The notes under the pieces: model-generated
Told to the model about the DNA's origin: nothing
Database searches by the model: none
What the model saw: the letters and a program-made list of their open reading frames with translations, nothing else
Shown: positions 19,335 to 32,344 of the stretch, piece by piece
Layout of the letters: each line of letters starts with the position of its first letter
How positions within the stretch are numbered: position 1 is the stretch's first letter
Assembly: GCA_964494345.1 (NCBI GenBank)
Contig: CAZBSI010000003.1
Coordinates: forward strand, 165,888-229,887
Direction of reading: 5' to 3'
From: an uncultured bacterium
Lineage (GTDB): Bacteria; Armatimonadota; UBA5829
Length of the DNA stretch: 64,000 nt
Program-made: the position numbers and the translations under genes

Positions 19335-22300
19335 ACAAACACTTCGGAATCGCCGGGCGAATAGCTCATTATTTTATAGATTCAAAATTAACGGCGTTGA
19401 TTGTAGTAGCGTCGGTGCTGTTGGGGGTATTCGCGGTGGTGGTCCTGCCGCGCGAGGAAGAGCCTCAGATTATAGTGCCGATGATCGATATATTCGTCGA
19501 GATGCCGGGGGCAAGTTCCAAGGAAGTCGAGACGCGGGTGTCGACGCCGATGGAGAAGCTGCTTTGGGAGATTCCGGGCGTGGAGTATGTCTACACGACG
19601 AGCAGCCCAGGGCAGTCTATGGCGATTGTGCGGTTCTATGTCGGGGAAAATATCGAGGACAGCATAGCTAAACTGTATAACAAAATGCAGGCAAACTTCG
19701 ACATAATTCCACCCGGAGCCAGCCGTCCGATTATCAAACCCCGCTCCATAGACGACGTTCCGATTCTGGCGTTGACATTCTGGGGCAATGGATATAACGG
19801 CTATGACCTGCGCAGGCTGGTGGCTAAGGTCGACGATCAAATCAAGTCTGTAAATGATGTATCCGAGACGATGGTTATCGGCGGACTGCGCAGACAGGTT
19901 AAAGTGACCCTTGATGCCGCGAAGATGTCGGGCTATGGACTCTCGCCGGTAGCCATTCAGCAGGCGATTCAGGGGGCGAATGTCCAATATCCTGCGGGGC
20001 ATTTTGCGAACAATAATTATAGTTTTGCCCTGCAGACCGGTCAGTTTTTGCAAAGCCCGGAGGATGTCGGGCAGGTCGTGGTCAGCGCTCCCAACGGCAG
20101 GCCCGTATTTCTTAGAGATGTCGCCATTATCGAGGACGGCCCTGAGGAGCCGAACAGCTACGTGAGCATCGCCTTTGGGCCGGCGGCGAGAGAGTCACAC
20201 GAGGCCGAGACTGATTCCATTCACTCGGCGGTGACTTTATCTGTAGCAAAGCGGCAGGGCAAAAACGCGATCAAAGTGGCCGATGCTGTGCTGGAGAAGG
20301 TCAAAACCCTCGAAGGCAAGATGATCCCGCCGGATGTGCATTATACGATCACTCGAAACTACGGCGAGACGGCGACTGAGAAGTCAAACGAGCTTCTGCT
20401 GCACATGCTGATCGCGATTATATCGGTGATCCTGCTGATAGCGTTCGCGTTGGGGAAGAGGGAATCGCTGGTGGTGGCGATAGCGGTGCCTGTTACTCTG
20501 GCGATGACGCTGTTGGTCTTTTACTTATTTGGATATACGCTGAATCGTATCACACTTTTCGCGTTAATCTTTAGCATAGGTATACTCGTAGACGACGCGA
20601 TTGTGGTGGTTGAGAACATTGTCCGCCACTTCCGAATGGAATCCAACGCTAATCGAAGCCTGATTGAGGTTGCGACTGAGGCGGTGGATGAAGTCGGAAA
20701 CCCGACTATATTGGCTACTTTCGCTGTCGTGGCGGCGATTCTGCCGCTGGCGTTTGTGGGCGGGTTAATGGGGCCGTATATGCGCCCGATCCCGGTCGGG
20801 GCGACTGCCGCCATGATATTCTCACTGCTGACCGCTTTTATCATATCGCCGTGGGCTGCTCTCAGGATTCTGCACCGGCAAACAGATGGGACAAACTCTC
20901 ACGACGAACATCACCACGACTCAGAAGGCTGGACCACCCGGCTGTATCGTCGAATGATGAATCCGTTGATCGCAAATTCGGCCAGGCGACACCAGTTTTT
21001 GGGGCTTGTTGTGGTGCTGCTTATAGCAGCGGTGGCGATGCTGCCTGCTAAGTGGGTCACGGTTAAGATGCTGCCGTTTGATAATAAGAGCGAGTTCCAG
21101 GTGGTGGTGGATATGCCGCTGGGCGCGACTCTGGAACAGACCGCTGCGGCTACAAACGCGATGGCGGCGTACCTGCGCACAGTGCCGGAGGTGACCGACG
21201 TCGAAAGTTATGTCGGCACCGCCAGCCCTTATAACTTTAATGGGCTTGTGCGACACTATTTCCTGAGGCGCGGCTGTAACGTGGCTGATCTTCAGGTGAA
21301 CCTGGTAAATAAGCACGAAAGAAAGCGGCAGAGTCACGCTATAGCGAAATCCGTGCGGGATACAATACACGAGATCGGGCGTAAGTATGGGGCCAACGCT
21401 AAGGTGGCGGAGGTGCCGCCAGGGCCGCCTGTTCTGCAGACGCTGGTGGCGGAAATATATGGGCCAGACGATAACACACGCTGGGCGATCGCCGATCAGG
21501 TTAAAGACGTATTCAGCGATACCGAAGGTGTTACCGACGTGGACTGGTATGTTGAGGCAGATCAGACCAAGTTCGAGCTGATACCGGATAAGGAGAAGGC
21601 TGCGCTTAGCGGTATCCCGACCGAACAACTCTCGCAGACTATCGCTCTTGCCGTGGCTGGAAGCGGAATAGAACTGGCTCATATTCCAGAAGCGGCGGAG
21701 GATGTGCCGATCTACCTGCAACTACCATTGGTGCAGAGATCAAGCGTTGAGGAGATCAAAAATATACAGATCCAAAGCACTAAAGGGAACCTTGTTCCGC
21801 TTGGAGAACTGGTGACGGTGCGGCCGACTGTTCAGGATCGAAGCATATATCATAAGAATCTGAAGCCCGTGGTCTATGTGATTGGGGATATGGCGGGGGC
21901 GCATGAGAGTCCCGTTTATGCAATATTGAAGATGAACAAGACTATCAGCGAGATGAAGACGCCGTTGGGCTATGAACTGAAGCATTTCACGACTGCATCT
22001 CCATTCGACACGACCAAATATGCGATGAAATGGGACGGGGAATGGCACATCACCTACGAAGTGTTCAGGGACATGGGCATAGCGTTTGCGGCTGTGCTGG
22101 TGTTGATCTATATACTGGTGGTAGGCTGGTTCAAGTCGTTTAAGACGCCACTGGTGATTATGGCTCCCATCCCGCTGACGCTGGTCGGAATATTGCCTGC
22201 GCACGCGTTGTTGGGGGCGTTTTTTACGGCGACCTCGATGATCGGATTCATCGCCGGGGCGGGGATTATCGTGCGCAACTCGATTATATTGGTGGACTTC

Positions 22301-22543
22301 ATTGAGCTTCGTCGCAGACAGGGAATGCCCTTGGAGGATGCTGTGGTCGACGCCGGCGCAGTGAGGTTCCGGCCGATGTTGTTGACGGCTGCCGCAGTTA
22401 TGGTGGGTGCATCGGTTATTCTCATGGACCCGATATTTCAGGGGCTGGCGATTGCTTTGATGGCTGGTGAAGTGGCGTCCACTTTGCTATCGCGAATGGC
22501 GGTGCCGGTGCTGTATTATATTAGCGAAAGCGGCAAACTATAA
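19331..22543 (+). CDS. RND efflux transporter permease (AcrB/HAE-1-like)
   Basis: A 1070-aa protein with 12 TM helices. TM4 has [13 protein letters not shown], the AcrB-type proton-relay DD motif. Its start overlaps the MFP stop. Confidence 0.9.
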   Translation: MNKHFGIAGRIAHYFIDSKLTALIVVASVLLGVFAVVVLPREEEPQIIVPMIDIFVEMPGASSKEVETRVSTPMEKLLWEIPGVEYVYTTSSPGQSMAIVRFYVGENIEDSIAKLYNKMQANFDIIPPGASRPIIKPRSIDDVPILALTFWGNGYNGYDLRRLVAKVDDQIKSVNDVSETMVIGGLRRQVKVTLDAAKMSGYGLSPVAIQQAIQGANVQYPAGHFANNNYSFALQTGQFLQSPEDVGQVVVSAPNGRPVFLRDVAIIEDGPEEPNSYVSIAFGPAARESHEAETDSIHSAVTLSVAKRQGKNAIKVADAVLEKVKTLEGKMIPPDVHYTITRNYGETATEKSNELLLHMLIAIISVILLIAFALGKRESLVVAIAVPVTLAMTLLVFYLFGYTLNRITLFALIFSIGILVDDAIVVVENIVRHFRMESNANRSLIEVATEAVDEVGNPTILATFAVVAAILPLAFVGGLMGPYMRPIPVGATAAMIFSLLTAFIISPWAALRILHRQTDGTNSHDEHHHDSEGWTTRLYRRMMNPLIANSARRHQFLGLVVVLLIAAVAMLPAKWVTVKMLPFDNKSEFQVVVDMPLGATLEQTAAATNAMAAYLRTVPEVTDVESYVGTASPYNFNGLVRHYFLRRGCNVADLQVNLVNKHERKRQSHAIAKSVRDTIHEIGRKYGANAKVAEVPPGPPVLQTLVAEIYGPDDNTRWAIADQVKDVFSDTEGVTDVDWYVEADQTKFELIPDKEKAALSGIPTEQLSQTIALAVAGSGIELAHIPEAAEDVPIYLQLPLVQRSSVEEIKNIQIQSTKGNLVPLGELVTVRPTVQDRSIYHKNLKPVVYVIGDMAGAHESPVYAILKMNKTISEMKTPLGYELKHFTTASPFDTTKYAMKWDGEWHITYEVFRDMGIAFAAVLVLIYILVVGWFKSFKTPLVIMAPIPLTLVGILPAHALLGAFFTATSMIGFIAGAGIIVRNSIILVDFIELRRRQGMPLEDAVVDAGAVRFRPMLLTAAAVMVGASVILMDPIFQGLAIALMAGEVASTLLSRMAVPVLYYISESGKL

Positions 22544-22551
22544 GCACGCGT

Positions 22552-22587
22552 GGGGCACGGATGTGATGTATCATTGTGTCGTGCCCC
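22552..22587 (+). terminator. Hairpin after the RND gene (8-bp GC stem, 20-nt loop) followed by an A/T-rich stretch
   Basis: The hairpin is ggggcacg...cgtgcccc, followed by tatataat. Confidence 0.3.
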
Positions 22588-22640
22588 TATATAATAGAGA
22601 CTGGGAACCGCGTGAAGGACTCCGGGCGTAGTCGGAGTAA

Positions 22641-24173
22641 GTGGTGACCGACTACTGTTTATTTCTCGGAGGAGTCTTGGATAACGAAAAAACGCATAGC
22701 AAAGCAAAACTGGCGCTGGCGATAATAACCTCGCCGGGCGCGGCATTTGAAGAAATCCACCGGCGAAGGCTGCTCGGTACCGCACTGGTGATCTCACTGA
22801 TCGCTGGTGCGCTTTCTGCTGTACCGGTAATTATTACGGCGCTGAGCGGGGAACGGGTGCAGGCGCTGATGCTGGGTAAGTCGAACCCGGTGACCTGGTT
22901 AGGGCTGACGCTGCTGTTTGCGTTCGTGATGCAGAAGCTGCTCAAATGGATCGGGACGGAAGTGGAGTATGTTGGGCTGCTGACGCTGATGGGCTGGTCG
23001 CAGGTGACGCTTATTATCGCTCAGCTTGCGATGGCGGTGTTGTCTTATAGCCAGTCTTTGGCGAACACCCCTACGTTTTCGGTCAACTTCGCGTTCGCGA
23101 TACTGGCTACTGCCTCGCTGGGTTATGTATTTCTTATGGGCCTGGTCGTCCACACACTGACGGGCGCACCGAAAGCCCGGGGTGTGATGGCGTATGTGGT
23201 GGTATTATTTGCGGCTGCGATTGGGTTTTCTCAGACCTATGTGACGGCTAAAATCAGCCCGTTTGCGGATGCGCTGCCTGGAGTGGCCAGTACAGCAAGG
23301 TTGATCGCAGGAGCGGACCAGACCCCGTGGACTTTTGCTGCTGTGGTCGGATTGGCGCTGGGAGCAATTTTTATAAGCAAAGCGATGCAGTGGCCGGCTG
23401 AAAAGGTGCGCATGAACGCGATTGCTGCTGGGCTTATCGGAGTCGCGATGGTGGGTATCTACCTTAATGTGGTCTATAAAACGGACTATTATGGCAAGCT
23501 GAGAAGAGCACACGAGTCATATATACATGAAAAATACAAAACCGCTGCCGCGCAGATGGAGGCTTTGCTGCCTGTTATCAAGGACAATTATTCGCTGATG
23601 CTGGATGCGGCTGATGTGAATATGCTTGCTAATCAAGATAAGAAGGCGATGAGGCTTTTCGAGAAGGCTGTCGAGCCTATAAAACACGGCAACGTGCCGG
23701 ACAAAAAGCAGTGGTTGGCCAGGCTATATGTGGGAGAGGGCTCTGCGCTGTATGCCCTGGGCGACTACGAGGCGGCTCTCGGTAAATTCAAGAAAGCAAA
23801 GAAGCAGTGGCCTGAGTTTAGAGAACCGTGGGTGCGTATGGCTGTTACCTACGACAGGATGGGTAAGTATGATAAGGCCGTAAGCGCAGGTAACTATGCC
23901 GTTCAAAACCTTGGATCGAAGGCGACGGTAGCATGGGTGGCGCTTGCCGAGGCTTTCGCGAACAAAAACGACGAAGTGCAGGCGGCGACCGCGATTACTA
24001 TGGTGAAAAGTTCCGACGAGAAACTGGCAGATCGGATCGGCAAAAACCCAGAGGACTGGAAAGATGCTTTGAGCAAGCTGAACAGAGTGGAGCTGGGGTT
24101 CCCTCTGGAGAAACAACTGGCTGACGAGCCTGAAAAAGCGGAAAAGAGTAAGGATAAGAAAAAGAAGTCGTAA
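22641..24173 (+). CDS. Polytopic membrane protein (Yip1-like N-terminal domain) with C-terminal TPR repeats
   Basis: Has about 5-7 hydrophobic helices in the first ~300 aa. The C-terminus carries TPR-like repeats (LYALGDYEAALGKFKKA, AVTYDRMGKYDKAVSAG). It has a GTG start. Confidence 0.45.
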   Translation: MVTDYCLFLGGVLDNEKTHSKAKLALAIITSPGAAFEEIHRRRLLGTALVISLIAGALSAVPVIITALSGERVQALMLGKSNPVTWLGLTLLFAFVMQKLLKWIGTEVEYVGLLTLMGWSQVTLIIAQLAMAVLSYSQSLANTPTFSVNFAFAILATASLGYVFLMGLVVHTLTGAPKARGVMAYVVVLFAAAIGFSQTYVTAKISPFADALPGVASTARLIAGADQTPWTFAAVVGLALGAIFISKAMQWPAEKVRMNAIAAGLIGVAMVGIYLNVVYKTDYYGKLRRAHESYIHEKYKTAAAQMEALLPVIKDNYSLMLDAADVNMLANQDKKAMRLFEKAVEPIKHGNVPDKKQWLARLYVGEGSALYALGDYEAALGKFKKAKKQWPEFREPWVRMAVTYDRMGKYDKAVSAGNYAVQNLGSKATVAWVALAEAFANKNDEVQAATAITMVKSSDEKLADRIGKNPEDWKDALSKLNRVELGFPLEKQLADEPEKAEKSKDKKKKS

Positions 24174-24185
24174 TCTGTTTTGGGG

Positions 24186-25796
24186 ATGGTGAAAATGGTA
24201 AGCAAACGGCTCTTGTTTTTTGTGATTACGATCGTTATTACGGGATTGGTCGCTCAGGTAGCCGAGGCGGTTTCTCTGGCTGAGGAGATAGACCTCGGTA
24301 ATAAGATCGACTTGCAGATAATGAAAGACAACGTGCTCTACTCCGACGAGCAGGCCCAGAAGGAAATTGATGAGTATGGGCAGGCTCTGGCGAAGTTCGT
24401 GAAGCGCACGGATATTAAATATCATTTCAAAGTCCTCCAGGACGACAGCTTTAACGCGTTCTCGGTGCCGGGAGGCTATGTCTACTTTACGAGCCGGCTG
24501 TGGAACGTTCTACGCACGGATGAGCGGATCGGGGTTATCAGTCACGAGATAGTTCACATCGACAATCGCCACGCAATCGATGCGATATCGAAGCAACAGA
24601 AGCGACAGACGATACTTGCCGTGTTGCTGGCAGCGACTCGCGCAAGCAGGCTGGTCGGAGACATCGCAAGCATCGCCGAACAGCTTTATTCACTAAAATA
24701 CTCCCGTAGCGACGAGGAAGAAGCGGATTTTGGAGCGGTAGACTTCTGCCAGAAGGCGGAGTACAATCCCGCCGGGATTCTGCTTTCGATGTATAAGATC
24801 AGGCGATTTGAGGACGAGGCCGGCGGCGCCCCGCCTAAGATATTCTCCGATCACCCGCCGACCAAGGAGCGCTTGGATTACCTGGTGAAGCTGCTGACCG
24901 ATAAGGGCATACCCGTGCCACCGGAAAATGCCGGGACAGTCGAGATGGCGGGCAAAGTGGGCGAGGTGACGGCCAGTAAGTCTGAGACTATCACATTCAC
25001 CTCCGACCAGCCTTTGAAAAACGGCGACGTGGTATGGGTGATGCGCAATGGCTGGGATTCCTATTATGAAAAGCACACATCCGTGCCGATCGGCCGGGGA
25101 ATCGTTGACTCGACGGGTTCGAGCTACACTGCGAAGATGACTATGATCACCCTGCCTAAAGCCTGGCCGCTCGCAAATGGCATGGGGGTCTTTGTGCCCG
25201 AATCGCCTAAACTGGAAAAAGGCGTCGGCTCATTGATGCCGATTTCTTCTACTTCGCCGGTGGCAAAGCTGCAATTGGATAGCAAACCCAGCCAGTATGA
25301 ACGATTGGTGGCGGTTCAGGCGGTTTGGAATAAAGAGAACACCAAATTGATCGCCGACAGTGTCGGATATCTGGTTGTGACCGACCCGGCTAATCCAAGC
25401 GGATATATCGGATTGCAGAGGCCGAAATACTCTTATGCGCCGATGGTGTCCGGGGCAAGCCTTATCAAGGTTAATGATCCGGATGCAGGCAGGTGGATCG
25501 GGCCGATTCTCTCTATCGGAACCAGCCGTGCGACAATCGAGGTTCCAGGCACGGTGGCGCTTGATCCGAACAAGACTTACGATGTGTTGTATCCTGCGTG
25601 GAACTCAAAGGATAAGTATAAGGACCGGATCGTGGGCACAGCGAAACCTGAACCTAAAAGCGGCGCAAAAGTGGTTCTCAGGATGTCGAGTTTTAGCGGC
25701 GGATGGGATGTCTCGCAACTGCGCAACGGGTTTGATGTATATGAGCAAAAGCCGGAGAAGGCGGAGGAAGTAGAAACAAAGAGCCAGAGAGAGTAG
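24186..25796 (+). CDS. Secreted M48-family zinc metallopeptidase with a ~280-aa C-terminal extension
   Basis: Has a signal peptide, the HExxH motif (SHEIVHIDNRH) and a downstream EEEADFGAVDF third ligand. The start is 24186 or 24195. Confidence 0.7.
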   Translation: MVKMVSKRLLFFVITIVITGLVAQVAEAVSLAEEIDLGNKIDLQIMKDNVLYSDEQAQKEIDEYGQALAKFVKRTDIKYHFKVLQDDSFNAFSVPGGYVYFTSRLWNVLRTDERIGVISHEIVHIDNRHAIDAISKQQKRQTILAVLLAATRASRLVGDIASIAEQLYSLKYSRSDEEEADFGAVDFCQKAEYNPAGILLSMYKIRRFEDEAGGAPPKIFSDHPPTKERLDYLVKLLTDKGIPVPPENAGTVEMAGKVGEVTASKSETITFTSDQPLKNGDVVWVMRNGWDSYYEKHTSVPIGRGIVDSTGSSYTAKMTMITLPKAWPLANGMGVFVPESPKLEKGVGSLMPISSTSPVAKLQLDSKPSQYERLVAVQAVWNKENTKLIADSVGYLVVTDPANPSGYIGLQRPKYSYAPMVSGASLIKVNDPDAGRWIGPILSIGTSRATIEVPGTVALDPNKTYDVLYPAWNSKDKYKDRIVGTAKPEPKSGAKVVLRMSSFSGGWDVSQLRNGFDVYEQKPEKAEEVETKSQRE

Positions 25797-25894
25797 ATTG
25801 AGTTTCTTGCGGCTGTCAATTGCAGATCGCTGCCTGTTGGTGAAGATTGTATAAGATTATTGGGAATACTGATGCAGGGTATGGTGTTTTGGAC

Positions 25895-26956
25895 TTGAGG
25901 CGAGCGATAGCGATTGTCTGTATATCTGTCGTGCTGATGGCTTATCCGGGTATTTGCCATGCAGTGTCGGTCGCCCAGGAGATAAAGATCGGCGAGGAGA
26001 CCTCAAAGCTAATTCTCAAAGAGATGCCCCTGTCTACAAATCAGAAGTATCAAGACGACATCACCGCCCTCGGATCAAAGCTGGCTGGGTTTGTGAACAG
26101 GCCGGAAATAGCGTATCACTTTCATGTGGTCAAAGATGAGAAAAATACCATAAACGCGTTTGCCCTGCCGGGCGGTTATGTGTATTTTACGGAGCGGATG
26201 TGGAGTATTCTGACCCCGGATGAGCGAGCGGCGGTGCTTGCACACGAGATAACGCACTGTGATTTGCGGCACGGGATAGATGCGAATATCAAGCAACAGC
26301 AGCGGATGCTATGGACGCTGCCGCTCATAGTATTCGGAGGAGCCGCCGGCGCGGATGTCTGGACATGGGGAAATATGATCGTCAGTGCGCGGTATTCCCG
26401 TAAAATGGAGCGGGAAGCCGATGAGAAAGGTATACGGCTGACGACCAAGGCCGGGTTTCAGCCATCGGGCGCGGTCACTTCGATGAAAAAACTCCTTAGT
26501 ATTGAGAGCAATCAGAACCGGTACGAGGTGTCCTCATTATTCGCCGACCACCCTGATACGCAAAGACGCATTGACTATTTGACCGAGGCTGCGTTGTCGC
26601 TGGGGGCGATTAAGCCGGAGCTTGAACTACCAGCCGTCGACGACCCTGCCCGACTGGGTAATATAACGAGTAAGGTGCCTGATATGTCCGTGCTGTATGC
26701 GAGGGTGTCCGAACCTTTGGCTTATGGCACAAAAGTGGTAATTAAGAAAATGCTGTGGGACGAGGACAAGCAATCGCTGTGGCCAAAGAAAATTGCGGAC
26801 GCTACTGTGTTGACTCCCGGCAAATTCCCAGCACTGGCGTTGAGTGACGATAAGAGCGAGGACGCTTGGGGCGTTACGGCTGGCGACGGGGTTTATGCCG
26901 CTCCCCCTGATGCAAAAGAAGAGGCTCCGGAACCGGACAGCTCCGAAGCCTCTTGA
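25895..26956 (+). CDS. Secreted M48-family zinc metallopeptidase, a paralog of the preceding gene
   Basis: Contains AHEITHCDLRH and EREADEKGIRL. A signal peptide RRAIAIVCISVVLMAYPGICHA follows a TTG start; the ORF track extends it to 25847. Confidence 0.65.
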   Translation: MRRAIAIVCISVVLMAYPGICHAVSVAQEIKIGEETSKLILKEMPLSTNQKYQDDITALGSKLAGFVNRPEIAYHFHVVKDEKNTINAFALPGGYVYFTERMWSILTPDERAAVLAHEITHCDLRHGIDANIKQQQRMLWTLPLIVFGGAAGADVWTWGNMIVSARYSRKMEREADEKGIRLTTKAGFQPSGAVTSMKKLLSIESNQNRYEVSSLFADHPDTQRRIDYLTEAALSLGAIKPELELPAVDDPARLGNITSKVPDMSVLYARVSEPLAYGTKVVIKKMLWDEDKQSLWPKKIADATVLTPGKFPALALSDDKSEDAWGVTAGDGVYAAPPDAKEEAPEPDSSEAS

Positions 26957-26962
26957 GAGATT

Positions 26963-30303
<3,341 letters not shown>

Positions 30304-30304
<1 letters not shown>

Positions 30305-30340
30305 GGAAAAAGCAGATTCCTCGCTTCGCTCGGAATGACA
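30304..30340 (-). terminator. Intrinsic terminator of pck (hairpin with tandem G.A, followed by a U tract on the minus strand)
   Basis: The minus-sense sequence is ugucauuccgagcgaagcgaggaaucugc-UUUUCCCUUCUU, starting 9 nt after the pck stop. A near-identical copy follows xth. Confidence 0.5.
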
Positions 30341-30348
30341 GGGGTTGA

Positions 30349-31962
30349 TTAGAACTCCGCTGATCTCTTGATTTCGAGTTTTAAGCCGGGGATTGCTTCT
30401 ATGTATTCGGCGCGTTCCAGGCGGGCGGCGGCTATGAGGTAGTCTATTCTCGCCTGCGAATAATGCCGGTTCAGTTGATACTTTTCCAAATCAAGATCCG
30501 GGATTGATTCCGGCGTCTCAACCATCCAGTTTGGGTCCTCTCGCCAGTTGATTGACCCACGCGAGATAGCTCGAATAATCGCCGACATCTCATCTATTTC
30601 CACACGAGTGACCTTTTTTCTGACCCTGCGCGCACCATCTAAGCCCAGTTCGACGAGTTCCCCCACCCCGCCGGTATTCAGCATATAACATTCGACCTTA
30701 TCCTGATAGGACTTTATCAGCTCATAAAAAGCGTTCGCCTCGTCGGCTGGTTCGGCGATTAGCAGCGGGTTGCCGGCGATATCCCTGGCGTCCGGGCCGG
30801 TCGAATCAAAGGTTTCTGAAAGTAGAAACGCTACAGCAGCCTGTTCCGGGGTGAGTCTGCTTGCGATGGGAATTACCGTGTATTTGCGCACCATAAAAGC
30901 CACAATCAGCCCATCAAGTTCGTCAATCGAAGGCAGATCAATTGTGGACGCGGCGATATCGCCGAGATCTTCTCTCTGTATGGTCGCCCGGCCGTTGGCC
31001 GTAAGGGTTCGATCGTCAAAATAGACGTTGCCTTCGTAGTCTACTACAACATTGTCGAGAAGCGCCAATTGTGACGTGGCGGCGCGATACAGAGCAGGGT
31101 GCACTTTCGAACCGAGGCCTTCTGTTTTTATATAGAATCCTCGCTCCGAGCCCAACGCAGCGCCGTTGTCGCCCCAAAATACCACATCGTCCTGAGACAC
31201 CTCGACGCCCTCGCCGGGCAAATCCAAGCCGTGGTCTGAACATATATGAGTGGTCTTGCCTGAGGCTGACATACCGAACAGCAGCATTCCTAACTTGCGG
31301 ATGTCGCCATCCGGTCCGGCTGCTCGGATAATCTTCGTGCCTGCATGCAGCCCTAAAAGCCCTTGCTGCCTGGCTTTCCACATAGCCATTCGCAGAAATG
31401 CGTTCTTGGCCTCTCCATAATAATCCGTGCCGAGAACATAGGTTACGCCGAGTTCCGGAAAGACAAGTATCTGCCGATCCCTTTCCTGCCATTCCGGAAT
31501 AAAGACCGTTATAAGACGATCCCCGCCCTGGTGTCTGCTTGGAAACAGGGTCTGCATTACCTGATGAGCCAACCGCGCCGATTCTTTTCTGTAGGTGGAT
31601 AGATATAACGTACACTCAGGGGCAAAGCTGTCGTTGTCCCCCACCCTGCAATCGACTTTTAGCAGCGGCGTCTTTTTGAGATACCGATGAAGCGCACGCA
31701 CGGTCTCGGCTGCGTGTTTGGTTATGTCACGTTTTTTTGATGTCGACAGATCCGGCAGCACTCGCCTGCTGCCGAGGTTAACTGTCAACGCCGCGCTTTG
31801 ATTTTTGACCGTGGAGACATAATTTACGTTGCCAAACACCGTCGCTCTGCCGAATTCTTTGGCCCGTCGACAGATTTCGTCGGAAGTAAGCGAATATACA
31901 TTCGGCTGCTCCGATAACTCCAGAATAGTACGCTCGACGCCATCCAGCAGGGGTTGGGGCAC
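30349..31962 (-). CDS. pckA: Phosphoenolpyruvate carboxykinase-like protein (ATP-type kinase-1a motif)
   Basis: A 537-aa protein with the P-loop LFGMSASGKTTH followed by GEGVEVSQDDVVFW. This arrangement resembles ATP-dependent PEPCK. Confidence 0.6.
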   Translation of the reverse strand: MPQPLLDGVERTILELSEQPNVYSLTSDEICRRAKEFGRATVFGNVNYVSTVKNQSAALTVNLGSRRVLPDLSTSKKRDITKHAAETVRALHRYLKKTPLLKVDCRVGDNDSFAPECTLYLSTYRKESARLAHQVMQTLFPSRHQGGDRLITVFIPEWQERDRQILVFPELGVTYVLGTDYYGEAKNAFLRMAMWKARQQGLLGLHAGTKIIRAAGPDGDIRKLGMLLFGMSASGKTTHICSDHGLDLPGEGVEVSQDDVVFWGDNGAALGSERGFYIKTEGLGSKVHPALYRAATSQLALLDNVVVDYEGNVYFDDRTLTANGRATIQREDLGDIAASTIDLPSIDELDGLIVAFMVRKYTVIPIASRLTPEQAAVAFLLSETFDSTGPDARDIAGNPLLIAEPADEANAFYELIKSYQDKVECYMLNTGGVGELVELGLDGARRVRKKVTRVEIDEMSAIIRAISRGSINWREDPNWMVETPESIPDLDLEKYQLNRHYSQARIDYLIAAARLERAEYIEAIPGLKLEIKRSAEF

Positions 31963-32056
31963 GGATAATCACCTCAGACAATAGATACTTCGAGAATTAT
32001 AGCCATAGACCGGGGGTTGGTCAAACCCACAGCCCAAATCCCGGTAATGTTACCGC

Positions 32057-32085
32057 TTGACCTGTTGCTGGTAATCGTGCATACT
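32057..32085 (+). promoter_or_regulatory. Candidate promoter of giant gene 1 (TTGACC-N17-CATACT)
   Basis: The sequence is ttgacc-tgttgctggtaatcgtg-catact, about 260 nt upstream of the ATG. The same motif recurs upstream of giant gene 2. Confidence 0.45.
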
Positions 32086-32344
32086 GTCTATAGCTGAGCA
32101 TAGAGCAGGCTGGCAGTACTGTGGCGCTTATCGGGCGTGCCCAACAGGATGCAGAGACATCCGCGGATAAGCTTAGCGGCGGGATGGGTTTATCCACCTA
32201 AGCACGAATCCTCAACATTATTACCACCCGAAGCGCTTCATCACGCCTGCAATTTCTATCTCTGTTAGGCCGGAAACATAATTTACCCGCTTGCATTCTA
32301 CTATTAATTCACTATCAAAACAAAAGTATAAAGGAGGGTATGGA

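Noticed and set aside
19388-22425. Several minus-strand ORFs (up to 266 aa) inside the RND permease gene
   Set aside because: They are antisense to a strongly supported 1070-aa gene and have no RBS or domain signal.
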